Positions 10,278-19,994 of a DNA stretch of 64,000 nucleotides are shown here, piece after piece. Numbering within the stretch: the stretch's first letter is position 1; the number at the start of each line of letters is the position of its first letter. Position numbers and translations under genes: made by a program. A model generated the notes under the pieces. That model was not told the DNA's origin and made no database searches. It saw only the letters and a program-made list of their open reading frames with translations. Source of the DNA: Dehalococcoidia bacterium (GTDB lineage Bacteria; Chloroflexota; Dehalococcoidia; GIF9; UBA5629); assembly GCA_050011565.1 (NCBI GenBank), contig JBEKIW010000002.1, positions 288,001 through 352,000 on the forward strand, given 5' to 3'.

Positions 10278-11594
10278 ATGCAGCAAGTGAGCTCAAGACC
10301 ACGTCTCTGGCAAGCATTGCTTGATGCCTTTTCCCTTCCGGACCTGAGACGGCGTCTGCTTTTCACCATAGGCATGCTGGTAGTTTTTCGATTCATTGCT
10401 CATGTTCCTCTGCCCGGTGTTAATCTTGCTGCGTTACAGCAGCTTTTTGAGCGGAATCAACTGCTAGGTATGCTTGACCTGTTTAGCGGCGGCGCTATGA
10501 GGAACTTCAGCGTGGCGGCTATGGGAGTTTATCCCTACATTACTGCTTCAATCGTTATGCAGTTGCTGGTTCCGGTAATTCCAGCCCTTCGGAATTTATC
10601 TCAAGAAGGGGAAGCCGGTAGAAACAGGGTTAATCAATTTACCCACTGGTTGACCATACCTCTGGCAGCTCTTCAAGGTTATGCTCAATTGGCGCTAATG
10701 CGCAGCCAGGGAGCGGTGGCACAAGCTGCAGCCTTGCCTACCTTGGCCATAATACTGTCCATGACAGCCGGAACTGTCTTTCTCGTTTGGCTCGGTGAGC
10801 TGATTACCGAGCGAGGCATTGGAAACGGTGTGTCCATAATAATCTTTGGTGGAATTGTAGCCGGCTTGCCGCAGATGGTGGGTCAGGCTACCATAGCCAC
10901 GAACAATATACCAGGTTTGATTGTCTTCGGTATCGTCGGCTTGGCCACGGTGGCATTTATCGTAATATTTACCGAAGGTCATCGCCGTATTCCGGTGCAA
11001 TATGCTCGAACTGCCTTCCGCGGAGCTCGCATGTACCGCCAATCGGGTGCCACTCATATCCCCCTCCGGGTGAATACCGCCGGAATGATACCGCTTATCT
11101 TTGCCCTGTCGCTGATGATTTTTCCAGGAACTATAGCCAGTTATTTCGCCAAACCCACGGGAGAACCTCCCAATTTTGCCAATACCATTCAAACATGGTT
11201 CAGCCCGAATACAGCTCTGCCGGTAGGTTTGTTTTACTGGGTTGTTTATTTCTTGATGGTGGTAGCCTTTACCTTCTTCTACACTATGGTTATATTTGAG
11301 CAAATGGATCTGGCGCGGACTTTACAACGCCAGGGAGGATTCATACCCGGCGTACGACCGGGGAAACCTACCACTGATTACCTCGACAAAGTAATTAGCC
11401 GGATAACCTGGGGTGGGGCTCTCTTTTTGGCCTTGGTGGCGATTTTGCCGTTCCTAGTTCGCTCGGTTACGAATATCGCTGCGCTGACATTGTCCAGCAC
11501 GGGTATTCTTATTGTTGTGGGCGTAGCCTTAGATACCATGAAACAAGTTGAGGCGCAGCTGACAATGCGCCGCTACGAAGGGTTCTTGAAGTAG
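10278..11594 (+). CDS. secY: Preprotein translocase subunit SecY
   Basis: MGVYPYITASI, GIGNGVSIIIF, GGFIPGVRPG; multiple transmembrane segments. Confidence 0.98.
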   Translation: MQQVSSRPRLWQALLDAFSLPDLRRRLLFTIGMLVVFRFIAHVPLPGVNLAALQQLFERNQLLGMLDLFSGGAMRNFSVAAMGVYPYITASIVMQLLVPVIPALRNLSQEGEAGRNRVNQFTHWLTIPLAALQGYAQLALMRSQGAVAQAAALPTLAIILSMTAGTVFLVWLGELITERGIGNGVSIIIFGGIVAGLPQMVGQATIATNNIPGLIVFGIVGLATVAFIVIFTEGHRRIPVQYARTAFRGARMYRQSGATHIPLRVNTAGMIPLIFALSLMIFPGTIASYFAKPTGEPPNFANTIQTWFSPNTALPVGLFYWVVYFLMVVAFTFFYTMVIFEQMDLARTLQRQGGFIPGVRPGKPTTDYLDKVISRITWGGALFLALVAILPFLVRSVTNIAALTLSSTGILIVVGVALDTMKQVEAQLTMRRYEGFLK

Positions 11595-11602
11595 GAAGAT
11601 AA

Positions 11603-12265
11603 ATGTTTTTAGTTTTTCTCGGTGCTCCGGGAGCAGGTAAAGGAACTCAAGCAGCCGTGATTGCAAGCAAATTGGGGCTGGCTCATATTGCTTCCGGCGA
11701 CCTCTTCAGACAGGCTGTAGAAAAAGGCACTGAGCTGGGGAAGTCAGTCAAAGCCTATATGGATAAAGGCGCACTTGTTCCGGATAAAGTGACCATTCAG
11801 CTAATCTCAGAACGGCTGAATGAGCCTGATTGTAAAAGCGGATGTGTTTTCGATGGCTTTCCTCGAACTATCGAGCAAGCCAGGGCGCTTGATAAGATGA
11901 TGGCAAGCCGCGGCCAGGCTATAGACAAAGCCATATATATTGAGGTGCCTGAAAAAGAGCTGTTAAAACGTCTTACAGGGCGGTGGATATGTAGAAAGTG
12001 CCAGACGCCTTATCATGAGGTAAGCTCACCGCCAAAGGTTCGGGGGAACTGTGATAAATGTGGCGGCGAGCTATATCAGCGCTCGGACGATATAGAGAAG
12101 ACTATACGAGAGCGGCTTAAAGTCTATTTCGCTCAAACTACCCCTGTGCTTGATTATTACAAGGCTGGGGGTAAGCTTGCTGCGGTAGATGGTAATCGTG
12201 ACATTAAAGAGGTATCCGGGAAGATAATCGATATTCTCGGGCCCGTGTCGGTGAAAGCTATATGA
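11603..12265 (+). CDS. adk: Adenylate kinase with zinc LID
   Basis: GAPGAGKGTQ, DGFPRT, CRKC...CDKC. Confidence 0.98.
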   Translation: MFLVFLGAPGAGKGTQAAVIASKLGLAHIASGDLFRQAVEKGTELGKSVKAYMDKGALVPDKVTIQLISERLNEPDCKSGCVFDGFPRTIEQARALDKMMASRGQAIDKAIYIEVPEKELLKRLTGRWICRKCQTPYHEVSSPPKVRGNCDKCGGELYQRSDDIEKTIRERLKVYFAQTTPVLDYYKAGGKLAAVDGNRDIKEVSGKIIDILGPVSVKAI

Positions 12266-13008
12266 CCGTGATAAAGTCACCGCAGGAAGTGGCTATTATG
12301 CGGCAGGCTGGGAAAATCGTGGCGAAAACTTTACAAAGATTGACGGAAGAAATAAAGCCGGGGATTAAAACGAGCCACCTTGATTCATTGGCTGCCAGCG
12401 AGCTGAAGAAATACGGAGCTAAAGCTTCTTTCAAAGGTTATCGAGGCTTCCCGGCATCGCTGTGTGTTTCAGTTAATGACGAGATTGTACATGGTATTCC
12501 CGGAGAGCGGGAGTTGAATACCGGTGATATCGTCTCTCTCGATTTCGGCGCCGTAGTTAACGGCTTCCATGGCGATGGAGCTATAACCGTTGGGGTAGGT
12601 AGAATTAGTCCTAAGGCTCAGGAGCTTATGGCCATAACTGAAGCCGCATTGATGGTCGGCATAAAGGAAGCACGAAATGGTGCCCACCTGGGAGATGTTT
12701 CAGCGGCAATCCAGAACTACGTTGAGACCAGGGGTTTCTCTGTGGTTCGAGAGTATTCAGGACATGGAGTAGGTAGAGACTTGCACGAAGACCCGTTAGT
12801 ACCGAACTTCGGCCCTTCCGGCGAAGGACCTGTTTTGCGAAAGGGCATGACTCTGGCAATAGAGCCGATGGTGACTACCGGAGATTGGCAAACCCGGGTT
12901 GCCAGCAACAAATGGACGGTGCTGACTGTAGATGGCAGCCTTGCCGCGCATTTTGAGCATACTATCGCTATTAGCGAGGATGAAGCAGAGATACTGACTT
13001 TATTATAA
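12262..13008 (+). CDS. map: Methionine aminopeptidase type I
   Basis: CVSVNDEIVHGIP, GHGVG, AIEPM, AHFEHT. Confidence 0.98.
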   Translation: MTVIKSPQEVAIMRQAGKIVAKTLQRLTEEIKPGIKTSHLDSLAASELKKYGAKASFKGYRGFPASLCVSVNDEIVHGIPGERELNTGDIVSLDFGAVVNGFHGDGAITVGVGRISPKAQELMAITEAALMVGIKEARNGAHLGDVSAAIQNYVETRGFSVVREYSGHGVGRDLHEDPLVPNFGPSGEGPVLRKGMTLAIEPMVTTGDWQTRVASNKWTVLTVDGSLAAHFEHTIAISEDEAEILTLL

Positions 13009-13026
13009 TATATGTAGAAGTGCAGT

Positions 13027-13245
13027 ATGCCTAAGAAGGAAGCAATAGAGGTTGAAGGCATAGTTATTGAATCTTTACCTAATGCTATGTTTCGCGTGGA
13101 ACTGGCAAATGGACATGAGGTTCTGGGACATATTTCGGGTAAAATGAGGAAACATTATATTAGAATATTACCGGCGGATAAGGTGTTAGTGGAGCTTTCG
13201 CCTTACGATTTGAAGCGTGGGAGAATTACGTATCGGTTCAAGTAA
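13027..13245 (+). CDS. infA: Translation initiation factor IF-1
   Basis: [30 protein letters not shown]. Confidence 0.98.
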   Translation: MPKKEAIEVEGIVIESLPNAMFRVELANGHEVLGHISGKMRKHYIRILPADKVLVELSPYDLKRGRITYRFK

Positions 13246-13260
13246 CCATGAGCGTTTACT

Positions 13261-13289
13261 TTGACATAAGTGGTAACAAAGTTTATTAT
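13261..13289 (+). promoter_or_regulatory. Sigma70-type promoter for rpmJ and the alpha operon
   Basis: TTGACA (13261-13266), 17-bp spacer, TATTAT (13284-13289). Confidence 0.7.
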
Positions 13290-13318
13290 TATAGGGTTTT
13301 TTGCTTTAAGGTGATTAA

Positions 13319-13432
13319 ATGAAAGTAAGGTCTTCTGTTAAGCGTCGATGTGATAAATGCAAGATTGTCAGGCGCCGCGGCGTGGTTCGGGTTATTTGCC
13401 AGAATCCCAAACATAAGCAGCGCCAGGGATAA
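13319..13432 (+). CDS. rpmJ: 50S ribosomal protein L36, zinc-ribbon form, not in ORF track
   Basis: [37 protein letters not shown]. Confidence 0.97.
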   Translation: MKVRSSVKRRCDKCKIVRRRGVVRVICQNPKHKQRQG

Positions 13433-13449
13433 TGCAGGAGTTATAAAAT

Positions 13450-13839
13450 ATGGCACGTATCGCCGGTGTGGACATTCCAAAAGATAAAAGAGTAGAGATT
13501 TCTCTACAGTATATCTACGGTATAGGTCCTCATTCAAGCCAGCGGATTTTAGCTTCCAGCGGCGTAAACCCTGATACCAGGGTGAAGGACCTCAGCGAGC
13601 AAGAAGTTAATCGCATTCGCGAGGTTATCGATAAAGAGTATAAAGTAGAGGGCACGCTTCGTAAGGAAGTTAATTTTAATATCAAGAGACTTATTGAAAT
13701 CGGCAGTTACCGTGGTCTAAGGCATCGTCGTGGATTACCGGCTCGGGGACAGCGCACCCGAACCAATGCCCGGACCAAGCGTGGACTCCGCAAGACAGTG
13801 GCCGGACGCGGACAGAGACGTGGAACGACCAAGAAATAA
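13450..13839 (+). CDS. rpsM: 30S ribosomal protein S13
   Basis: [25 protein letters not shown]. Confidence 0.98.
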   Translation: MARIAGVDIPKDKRVEISLQYIYGIGPHSSQRILASSGVNPDTRVKDLSEQEVNRIREVIDKEYKVEGTLRKEVNFNIKRLIEIGSYRGLRHRRGLPARGQRTRTNARTKRGLRKTVAGRGQRRGTTKK

Positions 13840-13857
13840 AGGAGTGATGAAGAGTAT

Positions 13858-14250
13858 ATGCCTAAGAAAAAGAAAACCGGCGCAAGAAGGCGAGAGCGCA
13901 AACAAGTAGCTGAAGGTAAAGCCTATATCCAATCTTCATTTAATAATACAATCATCACTCTTACCGACCAGAAAGGTGGGGTCATCGCCTGGGGGAGTTC
14001 TGGCACTGCTGGTTTTAAAGGCTCTCGAAAAGGTACGCCCTACGCGGCTCAGCTGGCAGCCCAGGGAGCGGCTCAGAAAGCCAAGGAACACGGTTTGCGT
14101 CAGGTAGAGGTCTTTGTTCGAGGTCCCGGAAGTGGCCGAGAAGCGGCTATCAGAGCCATCCAGGCCTCGGGGATTTTAGTCACCGGAATTAAGGACGTTA
14201 CCCCGGTTCCACATAATGGATGCCGGCCCCGTAAGAGAAGGCGAGTCTAG
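13858..14250 (+). CDS. rpsK: 30S ribosomal protein S11
   Basis: [31 protein letters not shown]. Confidence 0.98.
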   Translation: MPKKKKTGARRRERKQVAEGKAYIQSSFNNTIITLTDQKGGVIAWGSSGTAGFKGSRKGTPYAAQLAAQGAAQKAKEHGLRQVEVFVRGPGSGREAAIRAIQASGILVTGIKDVTPVPHNGCRPRKRRRV

Positions 14251-14252
14251 AA

Positions 14253-14885
14253 ATGGCACGTTATATAGACGCTAAGTGTCGTGTATGCCGCCGAGCTGGC
14301 GATAAATTGATGCTTAAGGGGGACAGGTGTTTTACCTCCAAGTGCGCTTTTGAGCGCCGGGATGTTCCTCCTGGTTATAGAGGTGTCAGCAAGCGCCGTG
14401 CCAAAAAGTCTGACCGTGGGCTTCAGTTGCAGGAAAAACAGAAGGCGCGTTATACCTATGGACTTATGGAACGACAATTTCGAAAATTCTTTGCTGAAGC
14501 GGAAAGACTTCCGGGCATAACCGGAGTGACTCTTCTAATTTTGCTTGAGAGACGGTTGGACAATGTAGTTTTCAGGTTTGGCTTTGCCAGCTCCCGTGCT
14601 CAAGCCAGACAGCTGGTACGCCATGGTCACTTTCTCTTAAACGGCCGCAAGACTGATATCCCCTCTTGCCTGGTGAAGTCTGGTGATGCCATTGCCTGGC
14701 GGGAGGCCAGCACTAAGAGCGAATATTACAAAACGCTGGTTCAGGAAATTGAGGGCAGGACTATTCCCGGCTGGCTGGCATTAGACAAACAAAAAATGGC
14801 CGGTCAGATTATTAACCTGCCGACGGGTGAGGATATTGAAGTCAAGTTCGATGAAAAAGCTATCGTTGAATACTATTCTCGTTAA
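14253..14885 (+). CDS. rpsD: 30S ribosomal protein S4
   Basis: LERRLDNVVFR, ARQLVRHGH, IVEYYSR. Confidence 0.98.
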   Translation: MARYIDAKCRVCRRAGDKLMLKGDRCFTSKCAFERRDVPPGYRGVSKRRAKKSDRGLQLQEKQKARYTYGLMERQFRKFFAEAERLPGITGVTLLILLERRLDNVVFRFGFASSRAQARQLVRHGHFLLNGRKTDIPSCLVKSGDAIAWREASTKSEYYKTLVQEIEGRTIPGWLALDKQKMAGQIINLPTGEDIEVKFDEKAIVEYYSR

Positions 14886-14894
14886 GGAGGCTTC

Positions 14895-15920
14895 TTGGCT
14901 GGCTTAGCACTACCAAAGGTAGAATGTGTTGAAGGCACCGAAACGTACGGCCGTTTCGTTGCTGAACCTGTGGAAAAAGGTTTTGGAGTTACATTAGGTA
15001 ACGCATTGCGCCGGGTGCTTCTTAGCTCTCTGCCCGGTGCTGCGGTAACCTGGGCCATGATTGAGAGTGTCCAGCATGAATTCTCAACCATCCCCCATGT
15101 TAAAGAAGATACGATAGATTTCCTGCTTAACGTTAAGGCGATACGGCTGCGTCATCTTGCCCAGCGTTCAGGAAAATTGAGACTGGAGGCTGAAGGAGAA
15201 GGGCAAGTTCGGGCCGGCGATATTAAACCGTCGGCAGATTTCGAGATTGTTAACCCGGAACTATATCTGGCTACTCTGGATGCACCTGAAGCTAGGCTGG
15301 ATGTCGAGTTTAATGTCGAGATAGGCAGAGGGTATGTACCGGCCAGTTCCAGCGATAGCCTGCCGATTGGGGCGATTCCTATAGATGCTATTTTCACACC
15401 GCTTCGCAAAGTTAATTACTCGGTGGAGCCCAGCAGCCTAAGAGAAGGCAGTAATCAGGAAAAACTTATATTGGAAGTTTGGACTGACGGCTCCATATCT
15501 CCGATAGAGGCGGTTAGCCAGAGCGCGGCTATACTGATAGAGCAGTTTGGCTGCTTCCGCGAACTGGCTAAAGTGATAACCCAAGAGGGAGCCGAAATAG
15601 TATGGCAAAGGCTGATTCCTCCGGAGCAGTACTTGATGCCTTTAGACCAGTTGAATTTATCCACTCATACCTATAACAGTTTGAGAAGAGGCGGCGTTAC
15701 TACGTTAGGCCAGATTCTGGAGAAAAGCCTGGATGGCCTGTGTGCACTGGCTGGCTTCGGCGCCAAGTCCAGAGAGGAAGTGGAAGTGGCACTTAAACGT
15801 CTTGACCTGCCTTTCATCCCCGAGGCTAAAGAGAAAAAGGAAAAGAAAAAGGCATCAAAGGCCACGGCTTCCAAGAAAGAGGAAGATACTGAAAGTTCGG
15901 AAGGGAAGGCTGAAGATTGA
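14895..15920 (+). CDS. rpoA: RNA polymerase alpha subunit
   Basis: [33 protein letters not shown]; alpha-CTD followed by a Lys/Glu-rich tail. Confidence 0.98.
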   Translation: MAGLALPKVECVEGTETYGRFVAEPVEKGFGVTLGNALRRVLLSSLPGAAVTWAMIESVQHEFSTIPHVKEDTIDFLLNVKAIRLRHLAQRSGKLRLEAEGEGQVRAGDIKPSADFEIVNPELYLATLDAPEARLDVEFNVEIGRGYVPASSSDSLPIGAIPIDAIFTPLRKVNYSVEPSSLREGSNQEKLILEVWTDGSISPIEAVSQSAAILIEQFGCFRELAKVITQEGAEIVWQRLIPPEQYLMPLDQLNLSTHTYNSLRRGGVTTLGQILEKSLDGLCALAGFGAKSREEVEVALKRLDLPFIPEAKEKKEKKKASKATASKKEEDTESSEGKAED

Positions 15921-16270
15921 GACATCGCGTAGCTGGACGAAAACTGAGCCGGCCTACAGCGCAGCGCTGGGCACTTTACCGTAACCTGGTGGCCGATTTA
16001 GTTAAATACGAAAAAATTGTCACCACCGAGGCCAAGGCAAAAGAGATTCGAGGGCTGGCTGAAAAAATGATTACCTTGGGTAAAGAAGGCAGCCTGGCAT
16101 CGAGACGGCGGGCTCTTGCCTTTGTTACCGATAAGAAGCTCGTCGATAAGATATTCAGTGAGCTGGCACCTAGATATGCAGAGCGCGCCGGAGGTTATAC
16201 GAGGATAGTTAAGTTGGGACGGCGGGTCGGTGACGGGGCGCGGCTAGCCCAAATTCAGATGGTAGAATAA
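15917..16270 (+). CDS. rplQ: 50S ribosomal protein L17
   Basis: [26 protein letters not shown]. Confidence 0.98.
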   Translation: MRHRVAGRKLSRPTAQRWALYRNLVADLVKYEKIVTTEAKAKEIRGLAEKMITLGKEGSLASRRRALAFVTDKKLVDKIFSELAPRYAERAGGYTRIVKLGRRVGDGARLAQIQMVE

Positions 16271-16282
16271 CAGTAAACCCCG

Positions 16283-17062
16283 TTGGAGAAGCTCTTTAAC
16301 AGCGTTAGCAAGATTGTTCTGGTTGTGGAGTATGACGGCAGAAATTATTATGGCTTTCAGTGGCAGGCTAAGTTGCCTACGATTCAGTCTGAACTGGAAA
16401 GCGTTATACGAAGAGTTGCCGGAGAAAGCAGCCGTGTGATGGCTGCCAGCCGGACCGATACCGGCGTACATGCCAGAGGCCAGGTAGTTAGCTTCCGGAC
16501 TCAGTCCAGCTTAACTCCACAGGTTTTTATCAGAGCTCTAAATTACTATCTGCCGAAGGATATTGCGGTTAAGGGCGCTTGTAAGATGAATATGGATTTT
16601 AACGTCAGGCGTGATGCTGTGAGCCGAGAATACGATTATTGTATATTGAATAGCTCAACCCGGTCGCCTCTATTTGACGGCTTTGCTTATTTTGTGCCCA
16701 AAAAGTTGAACACTAGAATTATGAATATGGCATGTAAATTTCTTGAAGGCGAACATGACTTTGTCTCCTTCGCCACAGCGCTGGGCAAGCCAAGAAGCAC
16801 AGTGCGCACTGTCTATAAAGCGAAGGTGACAAAAAAGGATGACGTGGTCACTTATAATATGATGGCTAATTCATTTCTACCTCATCAGGTCCGCAATACG
16901 GTTGGCTTGCTAATAAGGGTGGGTTTAGGTAAAGTAGGACTTGATGAATTTAGTCAGATTATGGAGGCAAAGCTGCTGGGGCTGGCCGGACCGACGGCAC
17001 CGGCTTGTGGCCTTTTTTTAAATAAAGTTAATTACCCTGCAAATCTGGAGCTGGCAATATGA
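16283..17062 (+). CDS. truA: tRNA pseudouridine(38-40) synthase
   Basis: [30 protein letters not shown]; exact start uncertain. Confidence 0.95.
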   Translation: MEKLFNSVSKIVLVVEYDGRNYYGFQWQAKLPTIQSELESVIRRVAGESSRVMAASRTDTGVHARGQVVSFRTQSSLTPQVFIRALNYYLPKDIAVKGACKMNMDFNVRRDAVSREYDYCILNSSTRSPLFDGFAYFVPKKLNTRIMNMACKFLEGEHDFVSFATALGKPRSTVRTVYKAKVTKKDDVVTYNMMANSFLPHQVRNTVGLLIRVGLGKVGLDEFSQIMEAKLLGLAGPTAPACGLFLNKVNYPANLELAI

Positions 17063-17499
17063 AGACCTATTCAACTAAAGCTAAAGACGTCGAACGCCGG
17101 TGGCATGTTATCGATGCCTCGGGGAAGATCTTAGGCAAGCTGGCCACACAGGTAGCAAACTTGCTCATGGGCAAACACAAGCCGACATTCGTTCCGTATC
17201 TTGATACCGGCGATTTTGTCATTGTGCTCAATGCAACTAAGGTTAAAGTCACCGGGAAGAAACCAAAGCAAAAAACTTATTATCGGCATTCAGGATACCC
17301 CGGCGGCATTAAAGCTGAGACTTATGAAGAGATGATGGCTGCTCACCCCACTAGAGTGATTGAGCATGCAGTCAGGGGCATGTTGCCGCACAATCGGTTG
17401 GGTAGAGCCATGTTTAAGAAGCTCAAAGTTTACGCCGGTGATAGTCATCCTCATCAGGCGCAGGTCGCCGGTATGAAAACAACTGCAAAGGGGAGTTGA
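17059..17499 (+). CDS. rplM: 50S ribosomal protein L13
   Basis: [24 protein letters not shown]. Confidence 0.98.
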   Translation: MKTYSTKAKDVERRWHVIDASGKILGKLATQVANLLMGKHKPTFVPYLDTGDFVIVLNATKVKVTGKKPKQKTYYRHSGYPGGIKAETYEEMMAAHPTRVIEHAVRGMLPHNRLGRAMFKKLKVYAGDSHPHQAQVAGMKTTAKGS

Positions 17500-17900
17500 A
17501 TCTAGTGACTACTCAGACATATGACCGTGGCACAGGCAAGCGCAAATGCGCCATAGCACAGGTGAAGCTGTTCTCAGGCAAGGGAGAGATTATGGTTAAT
17601 GGTAAGCCGTACCAGGATTTTTTCCCTCGCCTTGAACATCGGCGCAATGTTGAGCATCCTTTTAAGGCTACGGATACTATAGGCAAGTTTAACGTTGAAG
17701 TTAAGGTGACCGGTGGCGGCGTTACCGGTCAGGCTGAGGCTATTCGACACGGCATTGCGCGAGCCTTAGTTAAAGCCAACGAGCAGTTCAGGCCTATGCT
17801 GCGTCAAGAGGGCTTACTGACCCGCGATGCTCGAATAAAAGAGCGCAAGAAGTACGGTCTCAAGCGCGCCCGCAAAGCACCTCAGTATACCAAGCGATAA
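17496..17900 (+). CDS. rpsI: 30S ribosomal protein S9
   Basis: [34 protein letters not shown]. Confidence 0.98.
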   Translation: MNLVTTQTYDRGTGKRKCAIAQVKLFSGKGEIMVNGKPYQDFFPRLEHRRNVEHPFKATDTIGKFNVEVKVTGGGVTGQAEAIRHGIARALVKANEQFRPMLRQEGLLTRDARIKERKKYGLKRARKAPQYTKR

Positions 17901-18086
17901 AGCTTAGCAACCGGCGAATACCGGCAAAAGCCTGCTTTGACTTAATATCCGTTATTTTAAATAACGACAGCCCAGTTTGAACTGGAGTCAGCAGCAGCTT
18001 TATAGTTCTCATATTCTTGCCTTGTTTCATTTGTCAGGCGGGCTTGACTGATACTACCTTGCCTGCCATAATGCGATAGGAAATAG

Positions 18087-19268
18087 ATGGTAAAAAATAC
18101 GGTAAATCGGAAACGCGCCAAAGTCGCCACTGCCAGTGTAGTGAGCGACGTGGAAAAAGAACTTCTTATTGCTGATAAAGTTTGTTCGGTGGAAAAGTCC
18201 ATGGTAATCGAAAACCACCAAAAAGGATGGTTCTGCGCCGCTATATGCTCCGACGGCAGTATGTTCATGGATGAAGCTGATTCGCCGGTCCGCATTCTGG
18301 AGATACTCAGCGGAGCCGTCATTGCCTGGGTGGACTTTCGCACCAACGATTTTGAGAAAGAAGCCTGCATTGCCGGCACACTTCTTGGGTTCAGCGACCA
18401 ACTTATTTCGTCGCTAAGTGGAGACTCTCGCCTGCTGTACGAAGACTTAAATACCGAGATGGGCCTAAAGCTTCCCTCCATTCAGATCCGGCTACACGAA
18501 CACCCTGACGTGCAGACTCACACCACACTACTTCTGCTGAGAAAGAACCTGATTCTAACCATTCACCCGGTGGATGTAGACCGTAGATTCAGCCGTCTGC
18601 GCCGGTATTCCAGTAAAGTATTGCAGAAAATACCTATCGATGCCTCTCCCGAAGACAAATTGACCGTATTGCTCATACGCATAGTCGACCAAAATAACGA
18701 CCGCAACTTTGAACACTTACGCCAGATTGAGGAACACGGCGACGAACTGAACAAACGTCTGATGAACCCCGAAACTCCGCGCACCATACTCGGGCCGGAG
18801 ATTTATGGCATGAAACACGCACTTATCAGCTACCTGAATGCACTATGGGAGACGGTTGATGTACTACACGATGTGCGTTATGGGGACGCCGAGATCATAT
18901 CTGATAACACACGGCTGCTGGAACAAGTAGGGCTGCTGGCTGAGAATGTAAAGCAGCAGATAGGTCTGGCCGAGCATTTATCCGAGGTACTGGCTTCGGG
19001 GCTGGAAGTATTGCAGTCGATTTACAACAATCAACTGCAGGTTCTTAACAACAAAATGGCGATGATTATGACCTATTTGACCATACTTGGTACCGCCGTG
19101 CTTGTCCCCAATACACTGGCCACGATCTTCGGCAACTCGGCTTTCGCCATGACGCCAGGTGATAGAGGCTGGTATGTAGCTCTATTGGTTGTATCTACTG
19201 TTATAGCCACCTACCTCGCCTTCTGGTGGGCCAAGAGGTCAGGCTGGTTTCCTAAAAAGATGGATTGA
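18087..19268 (+). CDS. CorA/ZntB-family divalent cation transporter (divergent)
   Basis: Long helical soluble domain, then LNNKMAMIMTYLTILGTAVLVPNT and two C-terminal TM helices; GMN signature missing; start uncertain. Confidence 0.75.
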   Translation: MVKNTVNRKRAKVATASVVSDVEKELLIADKVCSVEKSMVIENHQKGWFCAAICSDGSMFMDEADSPVRILEILSGAVIAWVDFRTNDFEKEACIAGTLLGFSDQLISSLSGDSRLLYEDLNTEMGLKLPSIQIRLHEHPDVQTHTTLLLLRKNLILTIHPVDVDRRFSRLRRYSSKVLQKIPIDASPEDKLTVLLIRIVDQNNDRNFEHLRQIEEHGDELNKRLMNPETPRTILGPEIYGMKHALISYLNALWETVDVLHDVRYGDAEIISDNTRLLEQVGLLAENVKQQIGLAEHLSEVLASGLEVLQSIYNNQLQVLNNKMAMIMTYLTILGTAVLVPNTLATIFGNSAFAMTPGDRGWYVALLVVSTVIATYLAFWWAKRSGWFPKKMD

Positions 19269-19320
19269 GTTCTTGCGTCTGCTTCCCATCCATCCTATGT
19301 CAAATTGATAGTTGCCTTAT

Positions 19321-19656
19321 TTACAGGCTGACTATATCGTTATCCATCATAGACTGTATGGATTTCATCATGTTTGTCGGTTTGCCGACTGCCAGTTTAT
19401 CCGTCAGCTCAAAGTGTTCCAGGCAGGTGGTGCAGGACAGAAGCTCCACGCCCTGTTCTTCAAGCTGTTTCAAACGGTGCAAAACTGGAGAGCCTTCACA
19501 CGCAAGGCGCACTCCCGTATTCCAGAATATCATACTGTTCGGCTTATCTTCGCTTTCACCGAGCAATCTAAAAAAATTAGACATGAGCATGGAGCCCAGT
19601 TGCTCGTTCCCTCTTCCAAGTCCTTCCGATTGGATAAGAAATACCTTATGTGTCAC
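19321..19656 (-). CDS. yedF: YedF-like selenium-metabolism protein, DsrE-domain-only form
   Basis: LGRGNEQLGSMLM..FF..L, IFWNTGVRL, LEEQGVELLSCTTCL..F.L, VGKPTNM; GTG start with GGAGG RBS. Confidence 0.85.
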   Translation of the reverse strand: MTHKVFLIQSEGLGRGNEQLGSMLMSNFFRLLGESEDKPNSMIFWNTGVRLACEGSPVLHRLKQLEEQGVELLSCTTCLEHFELTDKLAVGKPTNMMKSIQSMMDNDIVSL

Positions 19657-19685
19657 ATCTAACCTCCCTGTTGTTAATTTTTCAT

Positions 19686-19726
19686 AAATAAAAAAGCGAT
19701 GGCCGAGAAACTCCGCACCATCGCTT
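19686..19726 (-). terminator. Intrinsic terminator (attenuator) in the yedF leader
   Basis: Minus strand AAGCGATGG-tgcggagtttctcgg-CCATCGCTT followed by TTTTATTT, about 30 nt upstream of the yedF start. Confidence 0.85.
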
Positions 19727-19749
19727 CAGGAGGCATTCTGTAAAATGCA

Positions 19750-19875
19750 CTAAACAGCCATAAGCCTCCTGATATTACGGAAACGGAGGTTCTGCGAGCA
19801 AATGACTGATGCAAAACTTGCACCCAGCCACTTGGCTCAAACTCAAGTGAACTGAAGATACAGTGCCTCAGTCAT
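19750..19875 (-). CDS. Putative selenocysteine-containing leader peptide, 41 aa with UGA read-through
   Basis: SD AAGGAGGTGA 5 nt before the ATG at 19875; MTEALYLQFT-UGA-V-UGA-AKWLGASFASVICSQNLRFRNIRRLMAV-UAG; UGA codons at 19843-19845 and 19837-19839. Confidence 0.75.
19795..19839 (-). promoter_or_regulatory. Bacterial SECIS-like stem-loop
   Basis: UGA + 11 nt (GCCAAGUGGCU) + GGGUGCAAGUUUUGCAUC; lower stem CAAGUGGCUG/CAGUCAUUUG; resembles E. coli fdhF SECIS (UGA + 11 nt + GGUUGCAGGUCUGCACC). Confidence 0.75.
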
Positions 19876-19927
19876 TGCTCTCACCTCCTTTACATTTCTA
19901 GTCATTCGCGTTGGCAAATGTCGACGA

Positions 19928-19936
19928 ATTATAACA
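19928..19936 (-). promoter_or_regulatory. Extended -10 promoter for the leader-yedF transcript
   Basis: Minus strand TG-T-TATAAT about 40 nt upstream of the leader RBS. Confidence 0.6.
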
Positions 19937-19994
19937 TCAATAAGCTGTTTGCGCTAATTATCTGTAAGGATGCGCATTAAAAGTATTCTGAAGC

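Noticed and set aside
105-17252. Many antisense and alternate-frame ORFs over the ribosomal operon (e.g. 1875-2612, 10695-11303, 13289-13537)
   Set aside because: Shadow ORFs of well-conserved genes with no independent motifs.
19843-19875. Reading the leader as a chance 10-codon ORF ending at the first UGA
   Set aside because: Not excluded, but disfavoured by the strong SD, the second in-frame UGA, the canonical SECIS spacing and the selenium-related downstream gene.
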